This document shows, piece after piece, positions 18,011 to 32,520 of a stretch of 64,000 nucleotides of DNA; the first letter of the stretch is position 1, and each line of letters begins with the position of its first letter. Source of the DNA: Utricularia gibba (Eukaryota > Plantae > Magnoliophyta); the NCBI GenBank assembly GCA_002189035.1, contig NEEC01000017.1, positions 2,356,001 through 2,420,000 on the forward strand, written 5' to 3'. The position numbers and the translations under genes are program-made. The notes beneath the pieces were generated by a model. The model was not told where the DNA came from. It was given only the letters and a program-made list of their open reading frames with translations, and searched no databases.

Positions 18011-20230
18011 ATGCTCTCGGTCGCCGCCGTCGAATCCCAGACTACACACGACCCGGCCGTCGTTTTCCCGGCGGCGGCGGCGGCGGCGGAGGAGGGGGTA
18101 GAGAAAGAAGACCATATCTTTGTATCCAAACTGCCCACGATACCCATCCCCAACCATCTCCCACTCCACACCTACTGCTTTGAAAACATGTCGAAGTTTG
18201 CAGAGAGGACGTTTCTCATCGTGGGTAACACCGGGAAAACGTACACCTTCTCGGAAACGCACCTCATCTGCCGGAAAGTTGCGGCGGGGTTGGCGAATCT
18301 CGGAATTCAGAAAGGCGATGTGGTGATGGCGCTTCTCCAGAATTGCGCTGAGTTTGTCTTCACTTTCATGGCGGTTTCCATGATAGGGGCTGTGTTGACC
18401 ACCGCCAATCCGTTTTGTACGGGGAAGGAGATTTTTAAGCAGTTTAAAGCTGCCAAGGGGAAATTGATCGTTACCCAGGAACTCTACGTGGATAAGCTGA
18501 GGGAGAAGAAGATGATTCTCTTGTTTTTGGGGAGCATTTTAAGGTAGTGGCGATCGACGGTGAGCCGGAGGGATGCCTGCGATTCTCCGACCTCGTCGCG
18601 GCGGGCGGCGAAGATGGTGATTTGGAGGAATGCGAAATCGATCCAAACGACGCCGTCGCCTTGCCGTTTTCTTCAGGGACCACCGGGTTGCCGAAAGGCG
18701 TGATTCTCACTCACAAAAGTCTGGTCACCGGTGTGGCCCAGCAGGTCGACGGCGAAAACCCCAACTTGCATCTGAACGAGAAAGATGTCTTTCTCTGCGT
18801 CCTGCCCTTATTTCATATTTTCGCCTTGAATTCGGTTCTGCTATGCTCCCTCCGCGCCGGCGCCGGCGTGCTGCTGATGCCCAAATTCGAGATAGGTGCC
18901 TTTCTCGAACTCATACAGAAGTACCACGTGACCGTGGCGGCGGTGGTGCCGCCGCTAGTAAATGCGCTGGCGAAAAATCCGATGGTGGACAACTACGATT
19001 TGAGTTCCATACAGAAAGTACTCTCCGGAGCGGCGCCGCTCGGAAAGGATCTGGAAGCCGCACTCCTCCGACGTCTGCCGCACGCCGTTCTTGGACAGGT
19101 ACATAGCCCCCCGCTTACCCAGCCAACTAACCATCTTTGAACACCGATCTATCTCCAGCCACGAATAATGTTAATTAAATGGCCACTTAAATTATATTTA
19201 TATTTTTCATTTACTTTTAAAACTAATTCCTAATGTCACGAAGACTTGTAAATTATAATGTGAAGGGGTACGGCATGACGGAGGCTGGGCCCGTGCTGTC
19301 GATGTCGCCATCCTTGGCGAAGCAACCGATGCCGACGAAGTCCGGCGCATGCGGCAACGTCGTCAGGAATGCGGAGATGAAGGTGGTGGATCCCGAGACC
19401 GGGCGGTCCCTTCCCCGCAACCAGCGCGGAGAGATCTGCATCCGCGGCCATCAAATCATGAAAGGTTGGTTAATCGTTAGGGTTTCACCTCCTAACCTTC
19501 GCCAATAAAACACCCAATCAACTCCGCTAGGTTACCTGAACGATGTGGAGGCGACGGCGAGAACGTTGGATGTCGACGGGTGGCTCCACACGGGCGACAT
19601 CGGGTACGTCGATGACGACGACGATGTCTTCATCGTAGATCGCGTCAAGGAACTCATCAAGTTCAAAGGTTTCCAGGTAAAAAAAAAAACAAAAAAGAAA
19701 ACTTAATTATTAAAATAAAAGGAAGATGAATAATAAATAGATGTCGGTGGCATTTAATGTGTAGGTCCCACCCGCAGAGCTGGAAGCGTTGCTGATCAGC
19801 CACCCCAAAATAGTGGACGCCGCCGTTGTGCCGTGAGTAGTCGTCCACCCAAACCCTTTTTCTTTTTTATTAGTAAATTCCAAATACTAATAAAAAAATA
19901 TGGATGGATGAGTTGGTTGGTTGGTTGGTTGGTGGGTGCAGGCAAGTAGACGAGGTAGCTGGGGAAGTACCGGTGGCGTTCGTGGTCCAAAACGGGTTCG
20001 AATTAAGGGAGGAGGATGTGAAGGAATTCATTTCCAAGCAGGTGGGGGAGTTGCCACATGAAATATTATTATTATTATTTACGGAATTGGGTACTTATTT
20101 TGGATGCCTGGGTGGGTAGGTGGTGTTCTACAAGAGACTGCACAAGGTCCACTTCGTCCACGCCATCCCCAAATCGCCCGCCGGGAAGATCCTGCGGAGG
20201 GAGCTCAGGGCGCGCCTGCCTGCACCCTGA
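18011..20230 (+). CDS. 4CL: 4-coumarate:CoA ligase, class II (flavonoid type), 6 exons, with an apparent -1 frameshift at ~18501
   Basis: [10 protein letters not shown], box [21 protein letters not shown], box [18 protein letters not shown] and [11 protein letters not shown]. The two ORFs join if GGG at 18501-18503 is GGGG. Confidence 0.93.
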
Positions 20231-21165
20231 CCGGATCCTCATTGTGTTGGGTGGGTCCGGGTCGGGTCGGGTCGTGCCCCAGCCAACAGAATTATGTATT
20301 TAGTCTTTTTGAATGTATGTAATGTTTAAAGAGTACTCACTATCTGTGTATTTAGTTTGGTTTCGAATTTATTGAAGCCATGCCCAATAAACATAATCTT
20401 ATTAAATTACATATATATGATACATATATACTCTAGTAGTTTATAAAAAACTTATACATGACCAGTTGAACTCTATTTTTTTCACTAAATAGGAATGAAT
20501 TAAAGTAATCCTAACACAGAGAGTGTGCTATCCTATCCCATCCCATCACTATCATCGTTGTTATAAATTATTGTGTCCATGGAATTTATTGGCCGCTGAC
20601 GTCCACGTGATCTACGGTGTAGCAGCTGCTGCCTCAACTACTACTACTACCACTAGCACGTCGAGGAGATATACAGATGGACGTTAATGCAACCGCCACG
20701 TGGTGCGTGGGGGCGCTGCACAAAGAAAAGGGCCGCCCAATCCGCCATAGGGGATACACGACTGGGGCCTGGGGCGTTTTGTTGGGCCGGGTCTCTAACA
20801 CCGCAGGCCCAGTACCCAGAGCCTCCCAACCCGCTCGGCCTAGGAGGTTTTGTTTGGGTTGGGCTCAAATAAGCGTTGATTTTCCGTTTATTATTATATT
20901 ATATTATATTAGGAGAGAGAGAAAGAGAGGTGACTGACGTCTCTCACCCCCATCTGCTGCTTCAATTTGAAGCTGTCTCTCATTTGAAGTTTCCAATTCA
21001 GCCCCTCCCTCCTGCAGCTTCATCCTTCGCTTCTTCGGGAGGAGGAGCCGCGCCGCAACGCACGCCGCCCCTTCGTTCCTCACTCCTAGGGTTCTTCTTT
21101 CGCGCTCGCGCTTCTTTTCTTTGAGCTAGGGTTTCGATCGGAGCAGCGGGTGATCTCTTGTTTCC

Positions 21166-24100
21166 ATGGCGGCTGAAAAGTTGAGGGATTTGAGTCAGCC
21201 CATTGATGTTCCTCTCCTGGACGCCACTGTCGCTGCTTTCTATGGGACTGGATCCAAGGAGGAGGTTTGTTGTGCTCTTCTCTTTTCTTGCTTCACTCAT
21301 TCGCAGAGGTTTTTCGTGTGGTAATGGGAGCCGAATTTTGTCCGTTTCGTTCATGGGAACTGAACTCGCTTGGGATTGGTATTCCTGCATTTGTGTTTTT
21401 AGTGCATTGATTCGAACCTCGCCAACATCCTAAACCCTAAACCCAATGCCGCAAAACCGTGCACCTTATTGTTTCCCTATTTTCTTGTCACTTTCTCTGC
21501 GGTGTATTTCTTAGGCGTATCAGAATCGGTATGGGATGGAACCGCCTGCCTTGTCAACCCGGCCTCCCACGCCGCGCGAGGCATCACCTTTTGTTTCGGT
21601 ATCACTTTTGCAGGGTCAGTGCTGGCACCCCGCACTGCCCCGTTCTCGCCATGCCTTATCCAGGCTCGGGACGTCTTGTTTTTTGCACGTGGTACGAGGA
21701 TGCGATCTAAGGAAAAAGGTGATTCTTTGCGGCGTGGAAGGCTGGTTGACGAGCGCGTTTTTAAGCGCATGAAGGGAATGATGGACGGTGATGTTGTTAA
21801 TGTGCCTCTTGTCTGCGGCACTGCCTTATAGTTCGGGATTTTATCGCTTCTTGAGTAGTTGTTTTTTCTTGTACATTTGGTGTGATCGAAACTCTTAATG
21901 CTGCCATCATTTATTAACAATGACTACGCGTCCACATTCTTGTTGATTTTTGTGTTTGTAACTAGAAGTGGTTATTTAAATGCGTTCATATGTGTCGATC
22001 GTGTCTGAAATTTGAGCATGCTGAGTTTTGAAAGGGATGTAAGTGGTGTATTTTTTTGGCTATATGAGAATCTTTGAGAATATGACTTGTTTGCTGTGTG
22101 CATCTCTAAGCATATTCTCACTTTTTTGAGCCTGTGCTGGCAGAGGTCCGCTGCTGACCATATTTTGAGGGATTTGCAAAGTAACCCTGATATGTGGCTT
22201 CAAGTGGTTCATATTTTATCTAATACGCAAAATTTGAACACCAAATTCTTCGCATTACAAGTAAGCTTCTTTTTAACTGGAGTTTTCTTTCAAATGCCAT
22301 TTTCTGCGTTCAGCTGTTTTAAAAATATTTACTTTGATATGGGAAAAAGTAGTTTGTTTTTCATGGATTTGTTTGCTATGTATAGGTTCTAGAAGGTGTT
22401 ATTAAGTATAGATGGAACGCTCTACCCACAGAGCAACGGGATGGCATGAAAAACTATATTTCTGAAGTTATAGTAACGGTAAGTACTTTCAGGCCTTTAT
22501 ATTTTGCTTCTCTTAGCATGCTTTCTTCTGACCGAAATTTTCATGTTTCCTCTTTAGCTTTCAAGCGATGATATCTCCTTTCGGAGAGAAAGGCTATACG
22601 TCAATAAGCTCAACATTATATTAGTTCAGGTAATTATTACTGTGATCACACTAGCAATGTAGGATTAAGGTCATTGCATCTCGCTTCATTGTACATATTC
22701 TAATCTTTCATTTTCCATTCATTAGCATATAAATAACTGGGTCATTGCAATCTCTTTCTGGTTTATTTCTCGTGCAACAGATCTTGAAGCACGAGTGGCC
22801 CGCTAGATGGAGGAGTTTTATTCCAGATTTGGTAGCAGCAGCGAAAACAAGTGAAACCATCTGTGAAAATTGCATGGCCATTCTGAAAGTAACAAAATTT
22901 CATCTCTTATCCTTTTCATGAGCTTTTCCTGACGTTTGAGTGGCTTTTTTCAGCTTCTAAGTGAAGAAGTGTTCGATTTCTCCAGAGGAGAAATGACTCA
23001 GCTGAAGATTAAGGAGTTAAAACAGTCTTTGAACAGGTGACCATTCTGAAAACCCTCTGGAACCGCATGTTGGTGGATGTACATTATTTATTGTCCATGG
23101 TTCACCACTCGTGTAAAATGTACTTCTTTGCGTGCTGATTTTACCATCTGTTTGTTGTAAGCTGTTGCAGATTCTGGTTTGGTTTAACAACCTTTTCTTG
23201 TATGCAGTGAATTCATGCTCATTCATGAGTTATGCACTTATGTATTGGCTGCATCTCAAAGGGCTGAACTCATTCGGGCAACATTAGCCACATTGCATGC
23301 TTTTCTGTCCTGGATACCTCTTGGCTACATTTTCGAGTCACCCCTGGTTTGTTTGTTTTTAGGAGTTATCCTTTTTTTTTCATAGTTCCTATTCATGAAT
23401 TACATAATCAGATTTGTTGCTGTCTTCTACTAATATGGATCGCCTGCCCATTTGCAGCTCGAAACTTTGTTAAATTTCTTCCCAGGACCAGCCTACCGCA
23501 ATCTCACTTTGCAATGTTTGACTGAGGTTTTTTTTTCTTCTTGTAATCTTATGAATGGTGGCTTGTTTGCATATTTGAAGAGTTTGATATTTTCCGAATA
23601 TGTTTTTTGTTCAGGTTGCTGCTCTCAAGTTTGGGGACTTTTATGACGTGCAGTATGTCAAAATGTATACCATATTCCTCGGGCAGTTGCAGGTAGTGGG
23701 GATCTTTATGCAGTTTTTTTTTTGTTTGTTTGTCCTCTTTGTTACTTTTAGATTTAACATGGTAGTGCATTTTGGTTTTTATCAGTTTTTTGGTTTAGTT
23801 GTTTTTTTAAAATTACACTCTTTTTTGTAAGGGGTAGTCGCTGATATTGTTAATGGTTGTTTCATATTACGTCTGTGATTAGGCCATAGTGCCACTTACT
23901 ACCAACATTGTAGAGGCTTATGCAAATGGAAATAGTGAGGAGCAGGTGAGCTTCTAAATTATTTGATGCCTATTTTGTTTGGTCATTCAGACAGCAAGCC
24001 TGTAGTTATTCTGGCATTTATTTGCAGGCCTTCATTCAAAACCTGGCTCTTTTCTTCACATCATTCTTCAAGGTAAATCACTGTCTGGGTTCATTGAGCA

Positions 24101-24524
24101 TACCAAGTGATAGATGTAGGAATATTTCACTGGGCTGATGTTCCCTTGTTTAGGTCCTCAAATATTAAACTTTTATCATACTCAAATTTGTTCGTTCATA
24201 TAGATTTCCTGATTCACATTTCTGTTATTGCAGAATCACATAAGAGTGCTGGAATCTTCTCAGGAGAACATAAATGCATTACTAATGGGTTTAGAGTATC
24301 TCATTAACATTTCATATGTCGATGATACTGAAGTTTTTAAGGTGATTATCAATTCGTCATTTTGGTATTCCTTTTCATGTGATGGAATGCCATAATCTGA
24401 TGCTTACATCATGCAGGTTTGCTTGGACTATTGGAACTCCCTGGTTTTGGAACTCTTTGAGGCTCACCTCAACCCAGACCATCTAGCATCTGACATCACA
24501 ACTGGAATGCAGGTGAATTAATCG

Positions 24525-24563
<39 letters not shown>

Positions 24564-27500
24564 AACACATCTTTGATCTGTTTGTCGGGTTCCTTTTACA
24601 TATCTGCCAGCTGGGTCTGCACGAATATTGTGCCAGAATAGGTCAGCCTATGGACATGAACATGGTAGACTGTGAACTAGGTTGTCCCTCGATTGGGTTT
24701 GGGTTTTATATCATCTCTTCATTTTCATATGCCCTTTGTCGTCTGGATACAAACACCTCCTCCCCCTCCCCACCTCACCCCACCTGTAATTAGGAATACC
24801 CAACTGGTGGAGGTGCACTTTTTATTTTATTAGGTCTCAAGTAAATTTTTAGTCCTACTCATACCTCTCTGAATTTCAAATGAATCATGCAGGCGCAGAT
24901 GATTCCAGGAATGGTAGATGGTCTTGGTTCACAGCTTTTGCAGAGACGCCAACTTTATACTGGCCCGATGTCAAAGCTGAGACTCTTGATGATCTGCCGC
25001 ATGGCAAAGCCAGAAGAAGTTCTTATTGTGGAAGATGAGAATGGGAATATTGTTCGTGAAACAATGAGAGACAATGATGTGCTCGTCCAGTATAAGGTGA
25101 AATCTTCATCGTGTAACATAAACGACTGTCCCCTCAACTTTTCACCATTTCCTTTTGGAATTTTCGCTGCTCGTAATAACTATGTTCCCTTGTAACCAAC
25201 TTGTAGATTATGAGGGAGACACTTATCTATCTGGCACATCTTGATCACGAGGACACAGAAAAGCAAGTGAGTTCTATCCTTAAAATTTGCCCTTCCCCTG
25301 GCCCTTATCCCAATATGTACATTTGTTTTTTTTTTTTTTTGGCATTTGTGATTTCTTTCCCACGTTGGATTGGAAGCCAGCTTGGACTGCGATGAGTGGT
25401 TTTTATTTCTTTATGCTGTTGCAGATGCTAAGTAAGCTTAGCAAACAATTAAATGGAGAGGACTGGTCATGGAACAACCTCAATACATTGTGCTGGGCAA
25501 TTGGATCAATATCTGGATCGATGATGGAGGATCAGGTACAGAGTTTCGTTTTCCCATTCTTGCTCTTAGTTTTGTTGTTCAACTTGTCATTCTTCTTGTT
25601 TGGGCATGCAATCTCTTCAATGTATTGCTTCACGTAACCCCTCAGTTTAATCTAAATACTCATGCGTCTGATTCATTTTGCAGGAGAATAGGTTTCTGGT
25701 GATGGTAATCCGTGATTTGTTGAACCTATGCGAGATTACAAAGGGAAAAGACAACAAAGCCGTTATTGCAAGTAATATAATGTAAGTCAAATGAATCCAC
25801 TTGGTATCTTAGAGTGCCTTTTATCATTCTCCATATGAAGGTTCCCTAAGTGTTACATTTGTTAAAACATGGCGAAAGGCTTTAATTTTTCATATGGTTT
25901 CATAAGTTGATTCTCCTTATTTTCATCTTAGTAATCTGCAAAAGAGCACATTTTTGTTTTACATTCCTTTAAGTGTGGAGAAACTTTATTTTTAAAATAT
26001 ATATAAATAAGCCAGCAACTTCATGGGATATGCCATGCTTAGGTTGTGCAGTATAATTTTTTTGGTTGTTGTGATTTATGTTTCTGTCCATGCAGGTATG
26101 TCGTGGGGCAATATCCCAGATTTTTGAGGGCCCACTGGAAGTTTTTGAAAACTGTTGTGAACAAATTGTTTGAATTCATGCACGAAACCCATCCAGGAGT
26201 TCAGGTTAAGCTTTAGCGGAGTGTTTTTTTTTCTACCACTACATTTAGGACTACTGTTCTGTAAACAAGGATATTTATCTTCATGTTTATTGTCCGTGCA
26301 GATGATTATGATTAAATAACCTGTCCACCAATGTTGCTATCAACCTTCTGGTCTTGTAATTTTCTAATATCATTTTTTTCTTGTTGTGATTCATCTAGGA
26401 TATGGCTTGTGACACTTTCTTAAAAATTGTTCAAAAGTGCAAGCGCAAATTTGTGGTTATGCAGGTTAGAAATCTGCTGTCATTTTTTCCTTCTTGTGAT
26501 CGAGTGATAATTAGAATTTTTGAGAGTTCCATTTCTCTCTTTTAGATTGGAGAAAACGAGCCTTTTGTGTCAGAGCTACTGACAACTCTTCCTGCTACAA
26601 TTGCGGACCTTGAGTCACATCAGATCCACTCATTCTATGAATCTGTATGTCCCGCCAATTTTTGACATATTGGGCTATTGATGATTTATGATCTGTGTAA
26701 GAGCGCATTCTGACCTTTATTTCTTTTTGTTCAGGTGGGTCATATGATCCAAGCAGAGTCTGAGCCAACTAAAAGAGATGAGTATTTGCAGAGATTAATG
26801 CAGCTTCCTAACCAGGTTTCCAAATTTATAGCTGGTTTGGGCATGCCATCTGGTTTTTGTCCATCTATTTTGACAAGAGTGTGATACAAAAGCACGGCTT
26901 TCAAATTGTCTAATTCATGTTTTCGCAGAAATGGGCTGAAATTATTGGTCATGCTCGTCTGAGTGTGGATTATTTGAAGGATCAAGATGTGATACGGGCA
27001 GTTCTTCATATACTTCAGGTTTGTTTTTTGGTTTTTATATACTTCCCCGATTGGCATAATTCACTGTAGACTACTGATGATTGAATTACCCTAAATATTT
27101 ACACAGTATTTATGGTGTATTTTTGCAGACAAATACCAGCGCAGCTACTTCTCTTGGAACATATTTCTTGCCGCAGATTTCTTTATTGTTTCTGGACGTA
27201 CTCAATGTGTACAGGTCTCTTTTCTGGTGAAGGATTAAACTGTTATCAGTTTTAGCCACATCTGTTTCATGTGACAAGTTTTAGTTGCATCTACAGAATG
27301 TATAGCGAACTCATATCAACCACCATTGCCCAAGGGGGACCCTATGCTTCCAAGTCTTCATTGGTGAAACTGCTGCGGTAAATTGATCTTGTACACGCAT
27401 ACTGATTAGTCTTTGTATAGGTTTTACTATCCTTTTTTCATTTTCTTCCTTGGAAACAGTTCTGTGAAGAGGGAAACATTAAAGCTCATTGAGACATTCC

Positions 27501-29359
27501 TGGACAAGGCAGAAGATCAGCCACATATTGGCAAACAGTTTGTTAGTCCAATGATGGACCCGATTCTTTGTGATTATGCGCGCAATGTTCCTGATGCGCG
27601 AGAGTCAGAAGTTCTATCTCTCTTTGCGACAATTATAAACAAGTTAGTTCGCATACTGGTTTCCATACCTATTCATCTTTCACATGTATATTTTGCAGTC
27701 TTGGATCCCAATCCCCATTGCGGCAATTCTTATTGGCCTGATTGTTGTTTAGGTACACAGGGACAATGATTGAGGATGTTCCAAGGATATTTGAAGCTGT
27801 TTTCCAATGCACACTGGAGGTACGCTAATTTTTTCCCTGTTTACATCTTATAGTTTATATTTACCCTGGAAATTTGTTGATTTGGAATTTATGATGAAAT
27901 CACTGAACATAGAGTTTTTTGAGCAAACATGCAAATTTTTCTCATTTAACTTTGTAACCTGTGCCAGCTTCATGATGTGCATCAGTTGGTGAATAATGAA
28001 TGTTCTTATCACATTTTTTTTGGAATTTCAAGTTACTACTGTTTGAGGTGATCTTGTGCGGACCATCGGGCTATCACAGGCTTTTGGAAAATTTTATCCT
28101 CCATATGTGTGATCCCTAGCTTTTTTGTGTTGACATTAATGTCTGTTTGGTTGCTTGTATTCCTGACTTTCATCCCAGATGATTACCAAGAATTTTGAAG
28201 ACTATCCCGAGCACAGACTCAAGTTCTTCTCACTACTTCGGGCCATTGCAACTCACTGTTTTCCTGCATTAATCCGCTTATCAAGTGAGGTATGACTTGT
28301 AAACTTGGCCTCAGTCATTGCCTTCTGGGTATCTTATTGAAGTGTATTTTGTTATTCTGATGGATCTGTGCAGCAACTTAAACTTGTCATGGATTCCATA
28401 ATATGGGCTTTCCGGCATACTGAGCGCAATATTGCAGAAACTGGACTCAACCTGCTACTGGAGATGCTTAAAAACTTTCAGGTTAATTCTAATCTCCGAG
28501 TCCATTTTAAGAGTGAAAGGGAAATTTAGGCATTAACGAACTTGTATTCTATGGTCTTTCAGGCATCCGAGTTCTGCAACCAGTTCTACAGGACTTATTT
28601 TTTAACCATAGAGCAAGAAATATTTGCAGTATTGACCGACACATTCCATAAACCTGGCTTTAAACTGCATGTTCTTGTACTGCAACACCTGATCTGCCTG
28701 GTAAGTTAATATCCTTTATCTTCGCTTAAAGTTTTATGAAACCTTGTGGAGTGTTTATGCGCCTGCAGTGTCATATTGTACCGCATTCTATACTTTTTTC
28801 ATGACGCTAGCTTTGGTGTTGACATTTACAGGCGGAATCAACTATTTTGACTGAGGCCCTTTGGGACGTAGCAACAGTTCCTTTCCCTTATCCAAGTAAT
28901 GGCGTGTTCGTTCGCGAGTACACAATCAAACTTCTGAGCTCTTCCTTCCCGAACATGACACCAGTTGAGGTAGTGGACCAATGGGGTTCGCATCGTTAAG
29001 CCAACTGCAGTACGCATCCAGTACAGTGACTCGGTTTTTGAATCTTTCAGGTCACCCAATTCGTGAATGGGCTATTTGAATCCAGACTTGATCTTGCATC
29101 CTTCAAGAACCATATCCGAGATTTTCTCGTGCAGTCCAAAGAGTTCTCAGCTCAGGTGGGTATCCATCCGGAGGATTGAGCTATTGATGCCCCCTTCCCA
29201 TTTCAGGCTCTCAAGTCCGTACTTGTGATGATGCAGGACAACAAGGACCTCTACGCAGAGGAGGCTGCTGCACAGAGGGAAAGGGAGCGACAACGTATGC
29301 TGTCGATCCCTGGGCTGATCGCACCTAACGAGATCAAAGACGAGATGGTGGACTCATGA
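21166..29359 (+). CDS. XPO1: Exportin-1 (CRM1), ~32 exons
   Basis: [22 protein letters not shown] start, CRIME-like [46 protein letters not shown], and end [17 protein letters not shown]. All introns traced are GT-AG. Confidence 0.98.
24525..24562. repeat. Compound microsatellite (TC)9(AC)10 in an XPO1 intron
   Basis: Read directly from the sequence. Confidence 0.9.
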
Positions 29360-30117
29360 GTGGGGGCTGCTTGCTGTTTCAAGAAACCGTATGGAGGGGG
29401 GTGGTGCTTCCCAAAGTTGTTATGGAGCTCTCTCCCTCCCTCCCTCCCTCTAGCCCTAACTGACCGCCGTGATTGATGATTGTAGATCTTTACTTAGCCA
29501 TCCAGTAGTCAAGAGGTCATCACTGATGTGTAGGAGGAGGTAAACTCTGCACCGGCCAAGCATGGGATTCCATTTGTGATTGCTTTGTTTTTCTTTGTTT
29601 TCCTTGGTTTTTTGGGCAGGAGAGTAGTAGATAAAAGGAGATAGGCTTTCATTTTGTGATTTTGCTTGTGCAGCTGCTGTATACTGTTGACTGCTACCAT
29701 TTTGAAGCCTCTGTTTATTTATTTTGGGACTGGAGTTGTTTTGTTTTTTAATTATTATTATTATCATCATCATTTGAATTTTGATGCCTCTCATAGTTAA
29801 AAAGAGTTTATTTAATGTATTCATTGTTGTCCACGTGTCGTGGTGCGTGTTGGGCCATGCGCTAGCTACTATTTGGTGGGCCTGCTGCCACGACCAAGAT
29901 TCAGGCGATTCTCTCCTCGTATTCTTCCCGCAGAAGGGCATCTTGAAAATCTCTACTTCTGCTTCGGAGCTTCTATGGATTTTCGCTCTGGTTCCTTGTT
30001 TTACACGCTGCTTGCGTTTGTTTTTCGGGGAATTTCCTTCTCGTTGTTCCTAAGAAACAACTGTTTTCTAGCGTTTCTGACGTTGATAGTTTTTTTTTTT
30101 CACTGTTACTTCAACAG

Positions 30118-31349
30118 CATCTCGTCTGAATCTTTAAAGAAAACCAGATTGAGATTCCAGAAGCAAGAAGAGCTTCTGCATCTAAGAAATGCACGGGAGA
30201 ATGTAATACAATTTTGCGTTTTCTCTGTTATGTTTAAATGCCTTTAGGTCTTTCGAATATTTGATGTTCATTAGCATTGTGTATCAAATGCTAATGAATT
30301 GTGATCCGTTACCGTGTTCACTCCAATCTACATCCGATGAGTACTAGGATTTTACTGTACTGTGGCATCGGTAACGTTCTTTCCATTGCTCTTGGGTATA
30401 CGTTGTACTTGTGGGATTCTTCTGATGAAAAAAATGGTCCAGTTAGAAGTGTCAAATGGGCTCTTGATGAAAGGCATGTTGCTATTGGTCGTAATAAGTC
30501 TGAGGTTCAGCTTTTTCATTCCACTGCAACTAACCTGATGGGGTCTTCTTATTAATTCGGTTGTGGATGAGAGTGCTTATGTTCAATCTAGTGTTTATAG
30601 CTTCACTCAATGCTCCTATTTTTCTAGCTGAGGACGCTAAGAAGAGGGCATTTATCACGCTTTGGTGCATTGGAATGGAACGACCATATTTTGTATACAT
30701 CAACAATTACGTGAGAGTAAGGGCTCACATTGTTGGAGATTATCAGGGTAATCATCAAGAAGTTTGTGGTCTCAAATTGTCAGCATCTGGACAGCAATTA
30801 CCAAGTGTGGAAATGATGATATTCCGCATATATGGGATGGTCCATCTCATCGTCCAATGCTCCATCACCTTGGCCTCATAGACTTGACTTAACATACAGC
30901 TGCTGTGAAAGCTCTTTCATGGTAACCTTTTCAGGGTAATTTGTTGGCATATGGTGGAGCAGATAGAACGATAAATTTCTGTAACACACACTAGTGCATG
31001 CTTAAATCCTGTGGACACCGGTTGTGCTCTTCTCTGGAATAAGAATGAGCTTGAACTACTCAGCTCTCATGGCTTTACTCAGAATGAGCCCGCACTCTGA
31101 AAATACCCTTCAATGGTGAAGATAGCCGACCTTACAGGCCACACGTCCGGATTTCTTTTCATGGCTCAGGTATATATGTTGTTTAAGCTTGGCTTCTTAT
31201 ATCCAACAGTGTATACTGAATTTCATGTTGCGTCTGCTGCTAGAGATGTAACACTTCGATCTTGGAATATTTTTGGAAAACCAGAAGTCGCAAGGCCTAC
31301 ACCAAAATCGGTATCCGAACCATTTGCTCATTTGAAATGCATTCGATAA
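30118..31349 (+). pseudogene. CDC20: CDC20 (fizzy; APC/C activator) pseudogene
   Basis: Fragments read [81 protein letters not shown] and [10 protein letters not shown]. Stops at 30923 and 31098, plus frameshifts and internal deletions. Confidence 0.9.
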
Positions 31350-32520
31350 GCCTGTTTTACATCTTAGAGCTGGTTTGACAACACAAGGTGATATGAACGC
31401 GAAAGGAGCGTTGATTTCACTGGCTTATGGCTAGTTCATAGATCCCATTTTCTCGGAACTACCTGTTGCAGTGAGCTGGAGCTGCTATCCATGGACATGA
31501 ATGGAGTTCATCATAAATCACAATTGGCTCTTTTACCACCTGGGGGACTCCCACAGGGAATCGGGTTACGCCATCCTCCATCATCAGCCCTACAGCCAGG
31601 TTTGCTTTTCCTATATTTTCTCTATAAACATTCAAGCCCCTTTTCTTAGCATTACTTGCTCTTCATTGTTAAGATGAGCCACCCAACAAGTAAGGAAGCA
31701 TCTAAGAAATCTCATTTTGATAATCAGGAGGAAAATGCAGGAAAACGGAGCCTGAGGTCAGGAAGCACACATCCCAAAATGTGGAGCAGGTGCTCTCTCA
31801 AAGTCAACAAGTTACTTCCAGGGCCATGAACCTAACCGCTTTTTTTAGTGGGCAAGACTGTAAAATGGACACAAGCTGCTGCTGTGGTGATCAACCCATC
31901 CAATGTGCTGGTTTGGGGGGTGGATTCAACATCAGGCTGAGGAATGATTCGAAACCCTAGACTCCTACGGTCAATGAAGATGGCTCCTCCAACAAAATCC
32001 CAACTCATGTACCGACCGGTACGGGACTGGATAAGACCCACCGTGAACTGCCGGCATCTTCCAGAAATATTCCGGTATCTTTTACTTGTTGGACCCCCGC
32101 AATAAAGTGCGCCTTGTGTGGGGACCACCTCAACAAAAACGTAATTAGCGTCTGTCTATATCTCCTCTAATTGTGTAGATGGAGAATATTCCCGTTTTAT
32201 TGTGGGGGAAAGGCGGTTTTCAAGTTCGGTATATTTATTTATTTATTTAAATTAGGAGTAACGCCGTTAAAGACGGGAAGGATGATGAGGAACGGCAGTT
32301 GGGGGAGGTGGTGACGGCGTCCGTAGTACGGCTCCGGAGCAGGTGGAACTGGTGAAGAGCCACGGTGGGTGGGTAGAAAAGGGAAATTATGCGGAGAGAG
32401 AGAGCAGGATGGCGCCCGCTATAAATACCTCCCCCGACCCGGTTGCGGACTTGCTCCCTCTTCCACTACATTTCCTTCTGCTTCTGCTTCACCGAGAAAC
32501 GACTGAGCTTCACTTGTTTT

